Positions 33,379 to 51,250 of a DNA stretch of 64,000 nt are shown here, one piece after another. A model generated the notes under the pieces. The model did no database searches and was not told the origin of the DNA. It saw only the letters and a program-made list of their open reading frames with translations. The translations under genes were made by a program, and so were the position numbers. The DNA comes from the human T2T-CHM13v2.0 reference genome, Homo sapiens, in assembly GCF_009914755.1 (NCBI RefSeq), contig NC_060927.1, one strand, 5' to 3'. The number at the start of each line of letters is the position of its first letter. The stretch's first letter is position 1.

Positions 33379-33683
33379 TCAACAAGTACCCCGACAGAAA
33401 TAACACTATTGCTGCCATCCGTGACATCACAACATGCAGTGGTGGCTCCTCGGCTGTGGGCAGCCTTCCAACTGCAGACCACAGATATGGCCAGTATGAA
33501 AATGCTCTTTTGCTTTTAAAATACCTGCTTAATATTATATACTAAAGTCAACCTTAAGACCAAAATCTTTTTATTGCTTCTTTTCTACCTGTCATTAGTT
33601 TAAGAGGCAATACATTTACCAAAGTAATTACTAAACTCCAGTTTTCCTTATAACAGATCCCCTATATTGAATTTTAAGTCTCA

Positions 33684-33938
<255 letters not shown>

Positions 33939-34443
33939 TTAACACTTTATACTGCTTTTGTAAAATAAGCAAAACTAATGTCTATTAATCATATTAAGTA
34001 ATTAATATATCTTACTCATTCTAATATGTGTATCATTACTTTGAGCAATGAATCACAACAAACAGTGTTATAAAATAAACAGTATATACATTAGATAGTT
34101 ACATGGTAAAACATTTCTAGTTCTATGTTCCATACTATCAGTAAAACTAAGCATAGGTATGAGTATCTATGAGGAGTGGCATCAGACACAATTATTGTCC
34201 ACAAGCACTTGTAATGCAACTGAAATTTAACTATTACAATATACATTCTTGATATGGTACTGAAAATTGCATTTGTGGGGGAGTGAAAAAACTTACTCTT
34301 TTTATGTATAAAGTACACATAGACACATATATCTATATACACAAGCTGATATACAATATGTGTGTGGTATTAAAATTTCTTGGGGGAGGCAATTACAAAT
34401 AAAATGTCTAAAATGGCTCCTTATAGGAGCAAAAACAGGTTGA

Positions 34444-35092
<649 letters not shown>

Positions 35093-35233
35093 TAAAGTGA
35101 GCTTGCATTTCAAAATAACAGGTGTCTATTATTCCCAGCCCGGCCCTTTCTCTATTTTCCTCATCTATAAATTTAACTGCCTACTAGACATCGTTACGTG
35201 GAGCTACTCAAACTAACCATGATTAAAAACTAA

Positions 35234-35705
<472 letters not shown>

Positions 35706-35800
35706 TAAATTCACCCACTTCTCCCCATCCTCACTGCAAGTTACATAAAAAATGTGAAAACCATAAATGCATATTAAAAATCTTTCCTTGTTTGTACTTA

Positions 35801-35968
<168 letters not shown>

Positions 35969-36270
35969 CTATTAATCAAAATATTTCAAAACAATCCAAT
36001 AATAGCTCCCCAAATAAAATGAAATTCTCATTAAGTTTATCTTATTAAGGATAAAAATCTTATTTTGGGGTGATTTATTTTAGAATTTTAAAAGAACAAG
36101 TAGCAAAACATTATTATCACCAATCTGAACTCTGGACACGTCAGGAAATGTCAAGGCCCTAAAAATATGTCAGAACGAATAGTCTTTGTTAATTGTGTAA
36201 ATTCAGTTGGTCTTTCTTAATAAGATATTAGTGTCTGTGGGCATACGATATATTTTTTTAATCCATGTTA

Positions 36271-36552
<282 letters not shown>

Positions 36553-36824
36553 CTACAAGATAAGAACACACACAAACTGAAGTAGTTACACGTAGTTACT
36601 GAAGTAGTTACAGAGCTGGGGGAAATATTTCTATTCTTACTTTTTTATAAACCAAAATCAAGTCACCAAGAGGACCCGATTGTATCGAATATTATTTTTA
36701 ACCTTATATAAAACCAAAACAGGTGGATAATACTGAAAATTGGTTTACCAGTAGGTACTTATTAGTCCCAACAATTTCTGAATCTAAATAAAATTCTGTA
36801 ATTCCAAAAGATGGGATACTATAC

Positions 36825-36939
36825 CTTTAGAGTTAGTCGTTTAATAATCAAGGAGGACTCTGAGCTGGTTGACATGGGCCTTCCCACAAAATGGGAAAGA
36901 ATCAGTGTGTTGGGGGAATTCTTCTGTTGTAATTGAATC
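36825..36939 (-). CDS. NPHP3: NPHP3 exon 11 (IQLQQKNSP...KRLTLK)
   Basis: ttcag|G ... AAG|gtatag; 115 nt. Confidence 0.95.
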
Positions 36940-37920
36940 CTGAAAGAAAAAGACAGAACTTTTATAAAACCGATAAAGTTCCTTGACTGTCAATAAAAAA
37001 AGAATTCACAATGCAGTAAACATCAAATGTTGCCTAACTGAGCAATCAGGTGGTCAGTTACTTTTAAATAAATATGGAGATTTCTGTTTTTACTCCACTT
37101 TTAGATCCTTCTAAATAATCTTTTAAAAAATTGTAGATTCATTTTAATTACAAATAGATGTTAATTAACAGAAACCAAAGTACTTTACATATGAGGGTAA
37201 GGTATTAGTAAAACAAGCATTAACTTTTAATTAAAAATTCCTACTAGAGGAAAATTTGTTAGATACAAAAATATTATTTTCCAAACATAACTTTAAATAA
37301 AAGGGTAATAAAAAGGAGACAACTACATATGCTAACCCTTCAATATAAATAATTATGAAAGAAAGAAAATATTTTTACTGCTTGTTTTTAAATAACATAA
37401 TGAAATAATAAAGTTTATTAGCTTATATGAACCTTAGTCCATAATTTGAAGAACTAGATTGCATTCATGGTGAAGATTATCCTTAATTTTGATGTTCTGT
37501 AGAATGTATTTCACTCTAACTAGTATGCTTTTGTCGTTTCAAATATTTAAAGTATCAATGAAACTTTTAAATAAAGGCAATAATTACAAATAAAGGCACA
37601 TTACAATCCACTTAATAACATGTGTTATATGACATATCACATATGATCACTTCCTTACAAAGCACTCCCATAGCTGTTACTTATGTGATTTATATACATA
37701 ATCATAAATGTTCATGCTTCCTATTCCTTTCTCATTCTGTGTCTTCTCTCTAACATCCAAATTCTATGCATTTCAGGGCATGAACCTATTGTTTTATTCC
37801 TTTTTACTTTGTTAATGTTTAGTGTAGGCCGCGCAGGAAGGCAGGCATGCAATACATTTTGTTGAATAGATTCAGTAATTCAAACAATGACAACAATAAT
37901 TTAATTGCACTGCATCATAC

Positions 37921-38024
37921 CACTTTGATAAAAGAAGAGACTTCCCAGAACCTGGTCCTCCAGACACGAGAAGAGGTGGAATCGGGGCTGGTGCTGCCAC
38001 TAGATCATTAAGGCGTTGGTAATA
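37921..38024 (-). CDS. NPHP3: NPHP3 exon 10 (YYQRLNDL...GGPGSGKS..; Walker A at 37938-37961)
   Basis: tctag|TAT ... GTG|gtatga; 104 nt. Confidence 0.95.
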
Positions 38025-38230
38025 CTAGAAAAAAAAATGAATTTACATTGTAAGGAAGCACATGCCTCTGAGACTACTGAAGAGTCAACTTCTGATTATT
38101 CTTTGAAAATACTGGAGAAAAGCTGTGTGAGAAAATGAAATCTATTTTTAGTGACAGCACCCTCATAATTGCCTACTTTTATGGCTGGCAAAAACATGAC
38201 TGAACTAGTAAACTAAGAATGGGCCTCAAA

Positions 38231-38585
<355 letters not shown>

Positions 38586-39414
38586 TTAATGGGTAAAGGA
38601 CAACATTTCAGGTCCCTGTGGGGTTTTGCAACACTCAAATGTTTGCAGAATGTTTCAGGGAGCTCACTGTAGCCCCCAAATCACAGAAAATACTGCAGAA
38701 GACCTTGAAGGTACTAGCAGACCACCTAGATCTCCTGGTCAGAGGAATAAACACCTGTCCTGGGAATCACCTCAGTTTCTGGGGGTGAGAAAAGGTCCAA
38801 ATAACAGCAGGTTTTGTCTGGGGACTTGGAGTCTCCCAATCTGCTCAAGACAATCAGGTTAGCCTAGGCTGCCTGAGATCTTTTTGAAACTAAGTGAGTT
38901 CAGTGTAAAGTCCAAGAATTCCTATTTCCCAAGTTTTCCCCAGAAACTCAAAACTGGTTCAAAGCTAAAAAGGACACACTCAAAAACCAAAATATCTTAG
39001 TACTTATTAAGGAGTTTCAAAAATTATCTTGAGACTTGACTTTTTCTTCAGTGTACCAGTGGTCTAAATGATAGCTGATGAGGAATTTAAAAAAGTGTAT
39101 AGTAAGTAGTTTGCAGCCAGCTTTAGGCTTGCTTTAGAATAACACAATTCTCCAGCAACTATAATGAATTACTTGGTATAGTTTTTCAATCAATTTTTCT
39201 ACTTGTTATATTTAATTAACAAGCAGAAAAATTATATCTCTAAAGAATATATTCCCCAGGAACTCAAATAATTCAAATAGAAATGATACTTCTGAAGGAG
39301 AAAAGAAAGTCTTGATTTACTACCTCATAAGTCCTAACAACTTAGTTCATGGTCCCACAGAAAGCCCATTTATAGGATCCATGCTTCCCAGGTTAAGACC
39401 CATGGCTATAAAAG

Positions 39415-39775
39415 AAAAACCATAGGATCTGGAGCCAGAAAAGAACGAGGTTCAACTCCCAGATCTGCAATCTACTCACTGTGTACTCTTAGGCAAACCC
39501 TAATCTGAACCTCAGTTTCTTTATTTATAAAATAACAATAGCAATACTTCTCATAAAATAACGACTAACATTTATCATGGGCCAGGTACTGTGCTAAGCA
39601 CTTTATGTGCATTATCTGATTTAATCCTTGCAACAAGTACCTATAAGGTAGGTACTATTAGTTATTCTCATTTTACAGCCAAGAAAGTCAAAGTTTAGAG
39701 TGGCCAAGTAACTTGAAGAAATCTAGTTAGTAAATGATGGAACCAGGACATTAACGGACAGTCTAAATTCAAAAA
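39415..39775. mobile_element. Two MIR fragments in opposite orientation
   Basis: cctcagtttctttatttataaaat and ggtactattagttattctcattttacag cores. Confidence 0.6.
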
Positions 39776-40044
39776 GTTCTGTAAAAATACAACTGTTAAT
39801 ATTAGCTACTATAGTATTCTTTAAAATATTAGTTCTTACATTAATTTTTAACTATTATATTTTTTTAACTTGCACATAGATTTCATTGTATATTTCAAGT
39901 TCTGATAATTTGTTTAGATATTTAAGGATGTTGATAAGACTGATAAAGAAGGACTTATCTGCCTATTTCATGAACTACTATGCTTTGTTTTCTGAATGTA
40001 ATATTTTGATTCAAGAATTGGAAGAACAGAGAGACTTACTATTC

Positions 40045-40371
40045 TTTTTTTTCTTTTCTTTCTTTCTTTCTTTTTTTTTTTTTTTTTAAAGACAGGGTCT
40101 TGCTCTGTTACCCAGGCTGGAGGGCAGGGGTGTGGTCATGGCTCACTGCAGCCCTGACCTCCTGTGCTCAATTGATCCTCCCACCTCAGCCTCCCAAGTA
40201 GCTGGGATTACAGGTGCATACCACCATGCCTGGTAAACTTTTGTATTTTTTGTAAAAACAAGGTTTTGCCATGTTGCTCAGGCTAGTTTCAAACTCCTGG
40301 GCTTAAAGCAATCTGCTTGTCTCAGCCTCCCAAAGTGTTGAGATTACATGCGTGAGCCACTGCACCTGGCC
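40045..40371 (-). mobile_element. AluJ-like element
   Basis: Alu consensus with T-rich tail. Confidence 0.9.
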
Positions 40372-40631
40372 TCAGCCTTACTATCCTTATCAAGTTTCCT
40401 AGCTATCCTAATCCTGGTCTGAGTGAGTTGCAGATGGTAGCATAATAAACATGTGGTTGATAAATTCTAGTCCATAACTAAAAATGTTCGGTCTTTATAA
40501 GCACATTTGAATCTCACATATCTTTCTTATGACACAAACCTAAGCACATCTCAACATGGATAATCAAGCCATGAGATTAGACAACTAATATAATCATAAA
40601 CCTTAACTATATTTAGATGAAAATACAATCA

Positions 40632-40862
<231 letters not shown>

Positions 40863-42212
40863 CTAAACACAAAGAACAACCACACAAAAATGAATGAAGA
40901 AAATAAAGATCTTACAGCGGGGTCACCCAGGCCCAAAGTGGGCTTCACCTACTTTTGGGAGGGCAAGTTCAAACATACAGCCTTTGTATAATACCTACAA
41001 GAATAAACTGATAACTACAAAAAAATCACTAATTTAAAAACAAAGAAATAAAAATATTAAAATAATAGAAATGAATACCTCTTTTTATAAAAATAAAATT
41101 AAAGGAATATTTGAATCCCATGGAATTTGTTTTCTGAAAAATGTTACACAACATTTTGGTTGTATCTGGCTGGTGAATAGTTATAAAGTACTAATGGCTA
41201 GGAAATATGCTATAAGAATTGAATTACTAAGATGTGATTTCTTGATCTCAAGTATCTCTGTGGTCATATTCAGTTTTTATATTAGGTTACTGAAAATATG
41301 TTATCCTTCAAGCACTAATGATGGTAAGTACATTCACTTTCACTTGCTGCCATTCATTCTGCTCAATTAATTTATCTTGGTCCTAAAATTTGCAAGATTG
41401 TGAAGCTCAAATTTGATAAAGACAATCTTTATACTAGAGAGCACCATACAAAATGTGTTGCCAGAGGTCATATCATTTTGGGGCTCACTCTTTTTCTCTA
41501 ATAATAAATCTTCAAGCTTCCTACTTCTCAAATAGGGTTTTTGGTTGGCTGGGGGAGGTGTCAGAAGGTGTGGGCAACCACAGGCTAAACATGGTACATC
41601 TTCCCACTGCGCCCATTCTGTTTGAGGGAGAGGGGAATAATAAATAATCACTATTACTATTTTTTTCTAATATATAATTTAAAATTTTTTTATATTAAAC
41701 ACAAACATAGACATAATATCAGGCAGAATATATAACTCACATAAATTTTCAAGATAGCACATGAAACTTCATAGAGACTTCCAGCTCAAGGCCCCTCCCT
41801 GGTCCATGTTCTCACCCCCCTGGAGGCATGCTTTCATCCCCCTCTTCTGTTAGGGATAACATGGGGGGAAAACCTGAGAGAGACTTTCCTAATATATAAA
41901 AATTCAAAATTCACAGAGGAGCCTCCCTATTGAATAAAATGAACACTTTCTCTTAAATAGTTTTTGGCTAGCACTTTTGTAATATGTTTTACACTTAGGT
42001 ATTGAAGCATCAAATAGTCCTCTGAGATAGATGAGAGATAAAGATATTAATACATGGTCCTAGTAATACTAAGAACATACCACAGGATGGACTCCCAACA
42101 GAAACAACAGCGCCTTCCTCAGGTACTGTGTTCAAAAAGACAAGCAAGTGGTTTTCTCTGGAAAAATCAATTTCATAGAAAGTGATCTTAAAATATTTTA
42201 GATGAAAACTTA

Positions 42213-42305
<93 letters not shown>

Positions 42306-42568
42306 CTAGATAAAAATCATTTAAGAACAATGAGAAAAACCATAATATCAGAAGGAAGTGGTGGTAAATACTTTTATACTGCTTATGTGACAGGAACTAT
42401 TCTAAATATTTAACACATATTAGCTAATTTATCTTCACAACAACCTTAGGAGGGAGATACTATTATTATCCCCATTTTATAGAAGAGTAAACTGAGGCAA
42501 AGTAAGTAACTTGTCCAAGGTCACACAAGGGATTTAGTGTGAAAAATGGAGCAATAAAACAAGAAGTA

Positions 42569-42880
<312 letters not shown>

Positions 42881-43756
42881 AAGAAGTATACATTTTTTTT
42901 TTGCTCTGTCTCCAAATTTTCTCTTATGTATTTCCATACCACTCAACATATTTACCCTTCAAAATGCATCAAAATCCAATTTTATGTCAATAAAGCTATA
43001 ATTCTATAAAAGACAAAAGCAAAATAGTATACTATGTAGTCTCACTGAGCTGGCTGAAAGAAGAATGCCCAATCTGTAAGAACATGTCTACTACTACTAC
43101 TAATATTTGATACAATTAGAATAAGGCAATGATTTTACAATACATACCAAGTGAACAAGCATGGAGATTTACCCTACATTTACATTTATAATCATGGCAG
43201 AGAGATCTTATTTCACTCCTATTTTATAAAATAAACTCATCCTTCCAGCATACTAAATTTTTTAAAGTAAAGGTTATAGAATAAATAGAATAAAAAAGAT
43301 AAATTAATATCTTTTTTGTGGGACGTAGTGGACTAGGCTGATACTACAATAATTAAAACAAAGAATGAAATGGCTCTGGAAATTATAATAAAAATGCACT
43401 TCCTTTTTGTCTTAGTCTCTTTAGTTTTATGTGTCATGCTGCTCTCAAGCTATCTTTTCAATACTAAATGATGGAAAGAAAAATGCTTGTATTCATATTT
43501 GATTTTATTTCTTGGCTGGGCACAGGGAAGTGAAAACTCTGTAAAAATCCTAGAGTTGTTTTCAATTGTATTATTCACATTAACTACAGACATTTACCAA
43601 GTTGCCTCCGTGTACAGTAATAAAAAGCCTGTAATATGTATTCTAAAAATTATCCCAACATGCATCTAGGAATGATCAAATTTCTCTCATCCCATCATCA
43701 GCTTTTTGCTTTCCCCAATGCTCTTAGGAAAAGTCACTATAAAAAGTCTCCTCCTG

Positions 43757-43968
43757 CAGCGTGGACAACATAATAAGTCCCCATCTCTATAAAAATTTTA
43801 ACAAAGTAGCCAGGCATGGTGGCCTGTGCCTGTAGTCCCAGCTACTCAAGACACTGAGGTGGGAGGACTGCTCGATCTCTGAGTCCAGGAGTTTGAGGCT
43901 TCAGTGAGATATGAACAAGCTACCACACTCCAGCCTGGGTGACAGAGTGAGACTCTGTCTCTTAAAAA
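43757..43968 (+). mobile_element. 5'-truncated Alu with 16-bp TSD
   Basis: AAAAAGTCTCCTCCTG at 43741-43756 and 43969-43984. Confidence 0.9.
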
Positions 43969-44094
43969 AAAAAGTCTCCTCCTGACACTAATCCTTGGTC
44001 AGTAGACAGAAGAACTCTGTGCTTGGGAGAAAAGCACAAAATACCATCTGATCATACAGATCATACTCTTGCTAGCCACACACTGCGATTTATT

Positions 44095-44555
44095 TCTCTC
44101 TCTTTTCTCACAACCCACAACCAATCTGTTAAGAAATCCTATTGGCTCTACTGTCAAAATTTACTCAGAATCCTACCACTTCTCATCATTTCCTCTACCA
44201 CCACCCTGCTTGGAGTCACCAGCATCTCTCACCTGTATGATGGCAATGGCTCTCAGACTCTGCACACTACCCCTGAATGACCACCTATTCTCAACATGGC
44301 AGCCAGAAAGATCACTGTCAGATGATCACGCCAGCCCTCATTCTGTTGCTTATAGTCCTGCAGTGGCTCCCAATCTCACTCCAAGTGAAAAGCTAATATC
44401 CTCAAAATGGCCTCCGAGGTTCTTCACAATCAATGAGGCCCCCTCTCCTCCTACTCCCCTCACTTATCTGTTCCAGCCACACTGGTTTCTCTCCCCTCCC
44501 CAGATATGCCAGGCTTATGCCCACCTCATGGCCTTTGCTCCAGTTTTTCCCTCAG
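44095..44555 (+). mobile_element. L2 LINE fragment
   Basis: caaccaatctgttaagaaatcctattggctctac..., ttccagccacactgg, gcctttgctc motifs. Confidence 0.75.
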
Positions 44556-44558
44556 CTA

Positions 44559-44801
<243 letters not shown>

Positions 44802-45133
44802 TTAGTTAATCAACCTAAGTGCCAATAATGGAGTTTTACTACAGTGACAAGTGGCCAGAAAAGGTCCAACTGCACAACAAGTGAAGCTTTCCAAAAATGG
44901 ATGTGTTATGGCTCTCTTCCAGTTTGGTCTTAAAATATAATACATTCATTAGCCAACAGTGAGCATAAATATAATAAATTATGCATTAAATTGTAAAGCA
45001 CATAAAACTTTATTTTTTAAACCTAAAAAAGATCTCAAAAATACTCTTAAACTTGGCTCAAAATAATGGACTAGACTCATGAGACTTTGAAAATAGATGG
45101 CAAACAAAATTCCATTTAAAAATGTATAATTTC

Positions 45134-47412
45134 CATGTTAACACAAGTAGGCAGGAGGTCACGCGTGGGTAGGTACACAGGCACCATCCAGGGCAACAGC
45201 CAGGCTCCTGCACTGCTTTTCCAGGAGTTCTTTTTAATGCCTTTAATTTGACCCGCCTCCCTTCATGGCTGAATCACAGGAGAAATCTCTTACAATGAAA
45301 CATAGGAGCTAAAATATGGCAAGTCCAGGAGAGGCCTTTATTCCAGATAAAGGTTTCAAAATGAGGAATTCTTTGCTCTTGATTGGCCCTCCTTCATTAT
45401 GTCAGCACCCTTCTTGGGCAGACCAGGCTCACTAAGAATTCTTGAACCTATGTAGAAGGAGAGGTGCTTCTCTGTTTGGATGGCAGCCCCAAAGTTTTGA
45501 GAGTTTTCTCTTTCCCAGTTCTTTCAGACTTTTCTCATCTAATAAATGACCCTAATCCTTATACCCAATATATACTACAGGAAAGATCTGGAGACAGATT
45601 GGAAGAGGTTGGGTGACTGAGGTGAAGGTAAAAAAAATCCCAAAAAACAACTTTGTTATAGGGAACCAAAATTATATTTTTAATGAAAATTCTAGAAAAA
45701 AAAGTCCTAGAACTAATAATCTGCTGAGGTCTTCTCTCTCCCTCCCTTCTTTCTTTCTCTCCCTTTTTTTTTTTTTTTTTTTTTTTTTTGAGACAGGGTC
45801 TCACTCTGTCACCCAGCCTGGTGTGCAGTGGTGCAATCACAGCTCACCGCAGCTTTAACCTCCTGGGCTCAAGCGATCCTCCCACCTCAGCCTACCGAGT
45901 AGCTAGGCCCACAGGCACACGCCACCACACCCAGCTAATTTTTGTATTTTTTGTAGAGATGGGGTTTCACCATGTTGCCCAGGCAAGTCTTGAATTCCTG
46001 GGCTCAAGTGATCCTCTCACCTTGGCCTCCCAAAGTGCTGGGATTATAGGCATGAGCCACTGAGTGCAGCCCACATCTACTGGGGTTTTCTACACAACAA
46101 AGGACACTGCGACCAATTCCCCTTTCTAGAAAGCATTAAATGAAAGTTGTCTAGGGAAACAAATGTTTTTGTGGGGGGTGTGTGTGTGTGTATGTGTAGA
46201 AGGGCGATATTGTATGATTCAGAATCTGCAAATTAGACTACTAGCCCAAAATATTAAAAATTAAGAAACATTCTGTTGTATATTTCTGCGCCAATCCATT
46301 CTACCCAAACCACAGAAGTTTTCTATATTAAAATCACTCTGGCCATGTTCTATCGAATTTTGGAATTTCAATGATTCATCTGTCAGTGCTTTGTGGGAAA
46401 AGTCTGTGGCCCATTAGAAGACCAAACAATGGGCTTGCTGTTCAGGCACACGTCCATATTTCAAGGCATTCCCTACAAAACTGACCCATGGGGCTCAGAT
46501 AAAATGGTATGATCTCTGGTATTTTATTCAAATAATCTGGTGGAACGGAAGCAGATGCTACAGATGAAACAACGAGTCATGAGGTGATAATTGCTGAAGT
46601 TAGATAGTATAACAGGCCAGCTAATATGTTGATAAGTTGCACTTTAGGATCCCTTCAGAAAGTAGCCTGAGCAGACAAAAATGTAGGGGAGGAGCTGCAA
46701 GAGAAGATGTAGCTTTGTGGGGCTGGAGGAGTTAAAACAGTAAAGCTGAGGCATAATGAAGAAAGTTCAAGTATAGAACAAACAAGGGCTTCCACTTGCC
46801 TAAATTCTATAACGAAACTCTATAGGTGATCTGGTAAAAAAAAAAAAAAAGCTGAATGAAACCAATAATAGGGCCTAAGAAGTCCTGAAAGGTGACTGAA
46901 TTACTATTTAGGCACGGAAGCCTCCCCATCCCTTGAGAAAGACTGATGATGCCCTGAGGAAAACCAGTCACAGTCGCCCCTCTGTGCTGCTGTGCAAAGG
47001 GAGAGGCACCTCTCCTTCTACGTAGGTTCAAGCTTTCTTAGTGAGTCTGGTCTGCCCAACAAGGGTGCTGATGTAATGAAAGAGGGCCAATTATGAGCAA
47101 AGAATTCCTCATTTTTAAACCTTTATCTGGAATATTCCTACTCAGCCAGCCTCTCCCGGACTCACCCTATTTCAGTTCCCATTCTTCGTTGTAGGAGATT
47201 TCTCCCGGGATTTTTCTCCTTCCATGAAGTGAGGCTGGTCAAATTAAAGGCATTAAAGAAGAACCCCTGGAAAAGCAGTGCAGGAGCCTGGCCGTTTCCC
47301 TCTAATGCACCTTCTCCAGTCAGTAACACCGAGAGGCACAGTGCCTGTGCACCTCACTAAGCATGACTTCCTGCCTACCTTCCCAGCCTACAACTAAGTA
47401 TGTTGTTAGCAT
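45134..47412. repeat. Long non-Alu inverted repeat, arms ~45134-45487 and ~46986-47412, in NPHP3 intron 6
   Basis: Reverse-complement blocks: 45199-45225/47266-47292 (27/27), 45233-45253/47237-47257 (21/21), 45339-45378/47095-47134 (39/40). Confidence 0.93.
45765..46072 (-). mobile_element. AluJ-like element inside the spacer of the long inverted repeat
   Basis: Alu consensus match. Confidence 0.92.
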
Positions 47413-48841
47413 AGCTTGCTCCAAATCCAATCATTTCATACATCAAAACCATACATTTTGAGCTTCATAATTTCTTATAAGAGGCCTGAATAGTGTGAGA
47501 AGCCAGTGAACACTATCTTCAAATAACTCTGTGGATACCATCTGCACACAGGGAATAATTATTGACAGGAAAGTGTTTCCCCATGGAGCTTCCAAGCTGC
47601 TCAGGAGAGGCTTTTCTAGATTCATCTTTTGGGAAGGATGGGGTAGTCATCAGGGTAGGCGAAGGAAAAATCTGAAACAAAGGCTCCAACAGCCCTTGTT
47701 TGTGGTGTGGAGCCCATCCCCACTGCCATACCTCTTGACAGGCATGAAAGAAACAAATAATAAAATAATAAGCAACTGGAATAAGAAAAGTTTAAGTAAA
47801 ATAAAGCCAAAGTAGAGACTAAAATTATTAAATTTAAGAAATTAAAATCCTCATTTCTTTAATAAGAATAAAATTTTTAAAAATGTACAATATAAAATTT
47901 TACTAAAAGGGGATAAACTGAAATCTAAGCAAAAGTAATAAAATATGAAATAAATGGGGAGGAAAACATTAAGAAGAGTTTAAAATTGGAAAAGAAAAAT
48001 AAATGTTAAAGTGTAAGAATAATGTATACAATGTTTTATTAAAAAGTAAGGTTTTTGTTTGTTTGTTTTTGAGACAGGGTCATACTCTGTCACCCAGAAA
48101 GTTTCTTTAATGTAAAGAAAAAACAAAATGGTTTTATGGATCAAAGATAAGAATTAGAAAAAATAATGTAACAACAAATAACATATTACCAAGTAAGATA
48201 AAAAAACTACTCAATCATTAAGTAATAAGATAAGATATATCCTTAATAAATATAAAAACAGGGAAAGAAAAGGGAAGGGGTGGATAGCAATGAAACCCTA
48301 CTGAAGGCAATCAAGTTGAAGAACTCCTTAAACATATTCTGGATGAAGGCTCATTGACCAGGTAGTTCCCTGTTCACCCGGCCACTAGGCAAAGTCTTAA
48401 GGGTCTACAATGGGTTATGCTACAGGGAAACTGGTGAAACTTAAGGCCTTACATATATCTATACACAGTTAAAGTCAGAGTTGGTCCACAATTAAAAAAG
48501 CAAAATGCTTTGGAAAGGTTAAATTTAGACAGTAAATCTAGAAAGAAAAATTAGCCTCTTATTAAACTTATTTTGTCCTTTATCTCTATATCTAACTGGT
48601 GAAAAAAAATCTTTACTTGCAGACAAGATTCATTAGCATGATTATATTCACATTATAAGAACATTGTTCACTTTACTGGGTCTATTTAAATAGTAAGCTC
48701 CTCAAAAAATGTAAATTATGATTCAACACCTACACAAGTGATCAAGTACATGAACTTTATATGTAAAATACATAGTTCAAATACCTCTCAGTTTGTATCC
48801 AAAGAAAGAAAAGAATGAAGGTTAATGTTGATTATTGAAAT

Positions 48842-49383
<542 letters not shown>

Positions 49384-49613
49384 TTAAAATAAGCTAAAAA
49401 TTAAGGTGTTGATCATATGACCTATGAAACAAGTCTAACAGCTTAAAACTTTTAATTATTTTATTTAAGTGTGAAACAGTTGTAGAATTTATTGAATTTC
49501 ATGGATTTTTTTATTATAAGGATGCAATAAAATTTATCTTTGAAGCTTATTTGGCAAACTCAATTCTATTTACAGTTTACTGCTTATAATAAATTACATT
49601 TTTTTTCAGCTTA

Positions 49614-49775
<162 letters not shown>

Positions 49776-50469
49776 CTAAAAACAAATGAAAACATACAAA
49801 AGTTTAATGTATTTAACTAAAGATCAAGTGAGATTCATACTACTTAAAATAAAAAGCACGCTTTAAAACAGGTTATACTGGATATCTTTTCATATAAAAT
49901 TTTAAAAATAATCACATTTTAAAGAAAATCTTAAAAAGGCAAGTTTCTCTCAAATACAAATAATAATAGCTTAGCAACTTGGCCTTTTTCTAGCTCAGAA
50001 AATGACTTATTTCATAGTAAAGCTAGAACAACAGGAGACAGTATTAGGCTATTTTGCTTTGGTATTTGTTTCTTTTTGTTATTATTACTATGAACAATCT
50101 GTTTTATTGTCATAAAGAGTGCAAAATATAGATCCATAAATCTGTATAGTAAAAAACATCCACGATGATATATCAGAACGCTAAAGCAGAGCGATATAAG
50201 TTAAAAACACATAAATCTATAATTAAGTTAGTAAGTAATGATGACTATTATTATGAAAGAAATCAGTAATGCCCTCAAAATGTCGTTGGGAATAACATTT
50301 TCAATTACTGGATGGAAGCTTTGGGCTTTAAAATATTTTATCTTTTTACTAAAATTGAATAATATCACAAAGGAAAGCTAAATGAATTTGGTAATCAACA
50401 ACAGGGAAGATGTTAATATAGCAGGTATAGCATGTGACACACAGATTCTATAAAATTCCCTTGGAACAC

Positions 50470-50825
50470 TGGTAGGCAAGCTTTTTATATAAAGGGTTAG
50501 ATAGCAAATATGTCTACAAAAATAATAATAGCTTTACAACTTGGCTGCTTTAGCAGGGATCTTTGTGGCTTATTTGGTTTCTATCACAATTTACTCTGCC
50601 ATTGAATTGGTGTTGTAGTGCTGCCATGGATGATACGTAAACGAATGAGTGCAGCAATGTTCTAATAAAACTTGATAGACACTAAGATTTGTATTTCATA
50701 TAATTTCCACATGTCATAAAATATTATTCTCCTTTTGATTTTTTTCTACCACTTAAAATGTGAAAACCAATCTTATCTCTGGGCCATTTAAAACAGGCAG
50801 CAGGCCAGATTTCACCAACTGGCTA
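50470..50825. mobile_element. MER58B-like hAT element
   Basis: ggcaagctttttat...caggccagattt; resembles 5547-6200. Confidence 0.6.
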
Positions 50826-51029
50826 TAGTGACCCTTGCCTTAGAATAACTCCAACGGCTGCCTTGGAAAATTTAAACCACAGTAAGGAGAAAATTTTACT
50901 ACCTGAGACAGACTCAAGGATAGAGCTGGAAGAGAGAGTAACTAAAGTAGACACAATCAACAAGAGTCTTAAACATTGTGGAGAATATGCAATGAAAAAT
51001 TCACTAAACAAGCCTAGGCAACACAATGA

Positions 51030-51250
51030 GTCACTTTCTCTGCAAAAAAAATAAATAAATAAATTAAATTAGCCGTATGTGGTGGTGTGTACCTGTAGTC
51101 CTAGCTGTTCTGGAGGACTGAGTGGGAAGATTGCTTGAGCTCACGAGTTTTAGGCTACAGTGAGCTATGACTGTGCCACTGCCCTCCAGCCCAGGCAACA
51201 GAGCAAGACACTGTCTCAAAACAAGCAAACAAACACACAAACAAAAAAAA
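51030..51250 (+). mobile_element. Partial AluJ
   Basis: Right arm plus linker. Confidence 0.8.
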
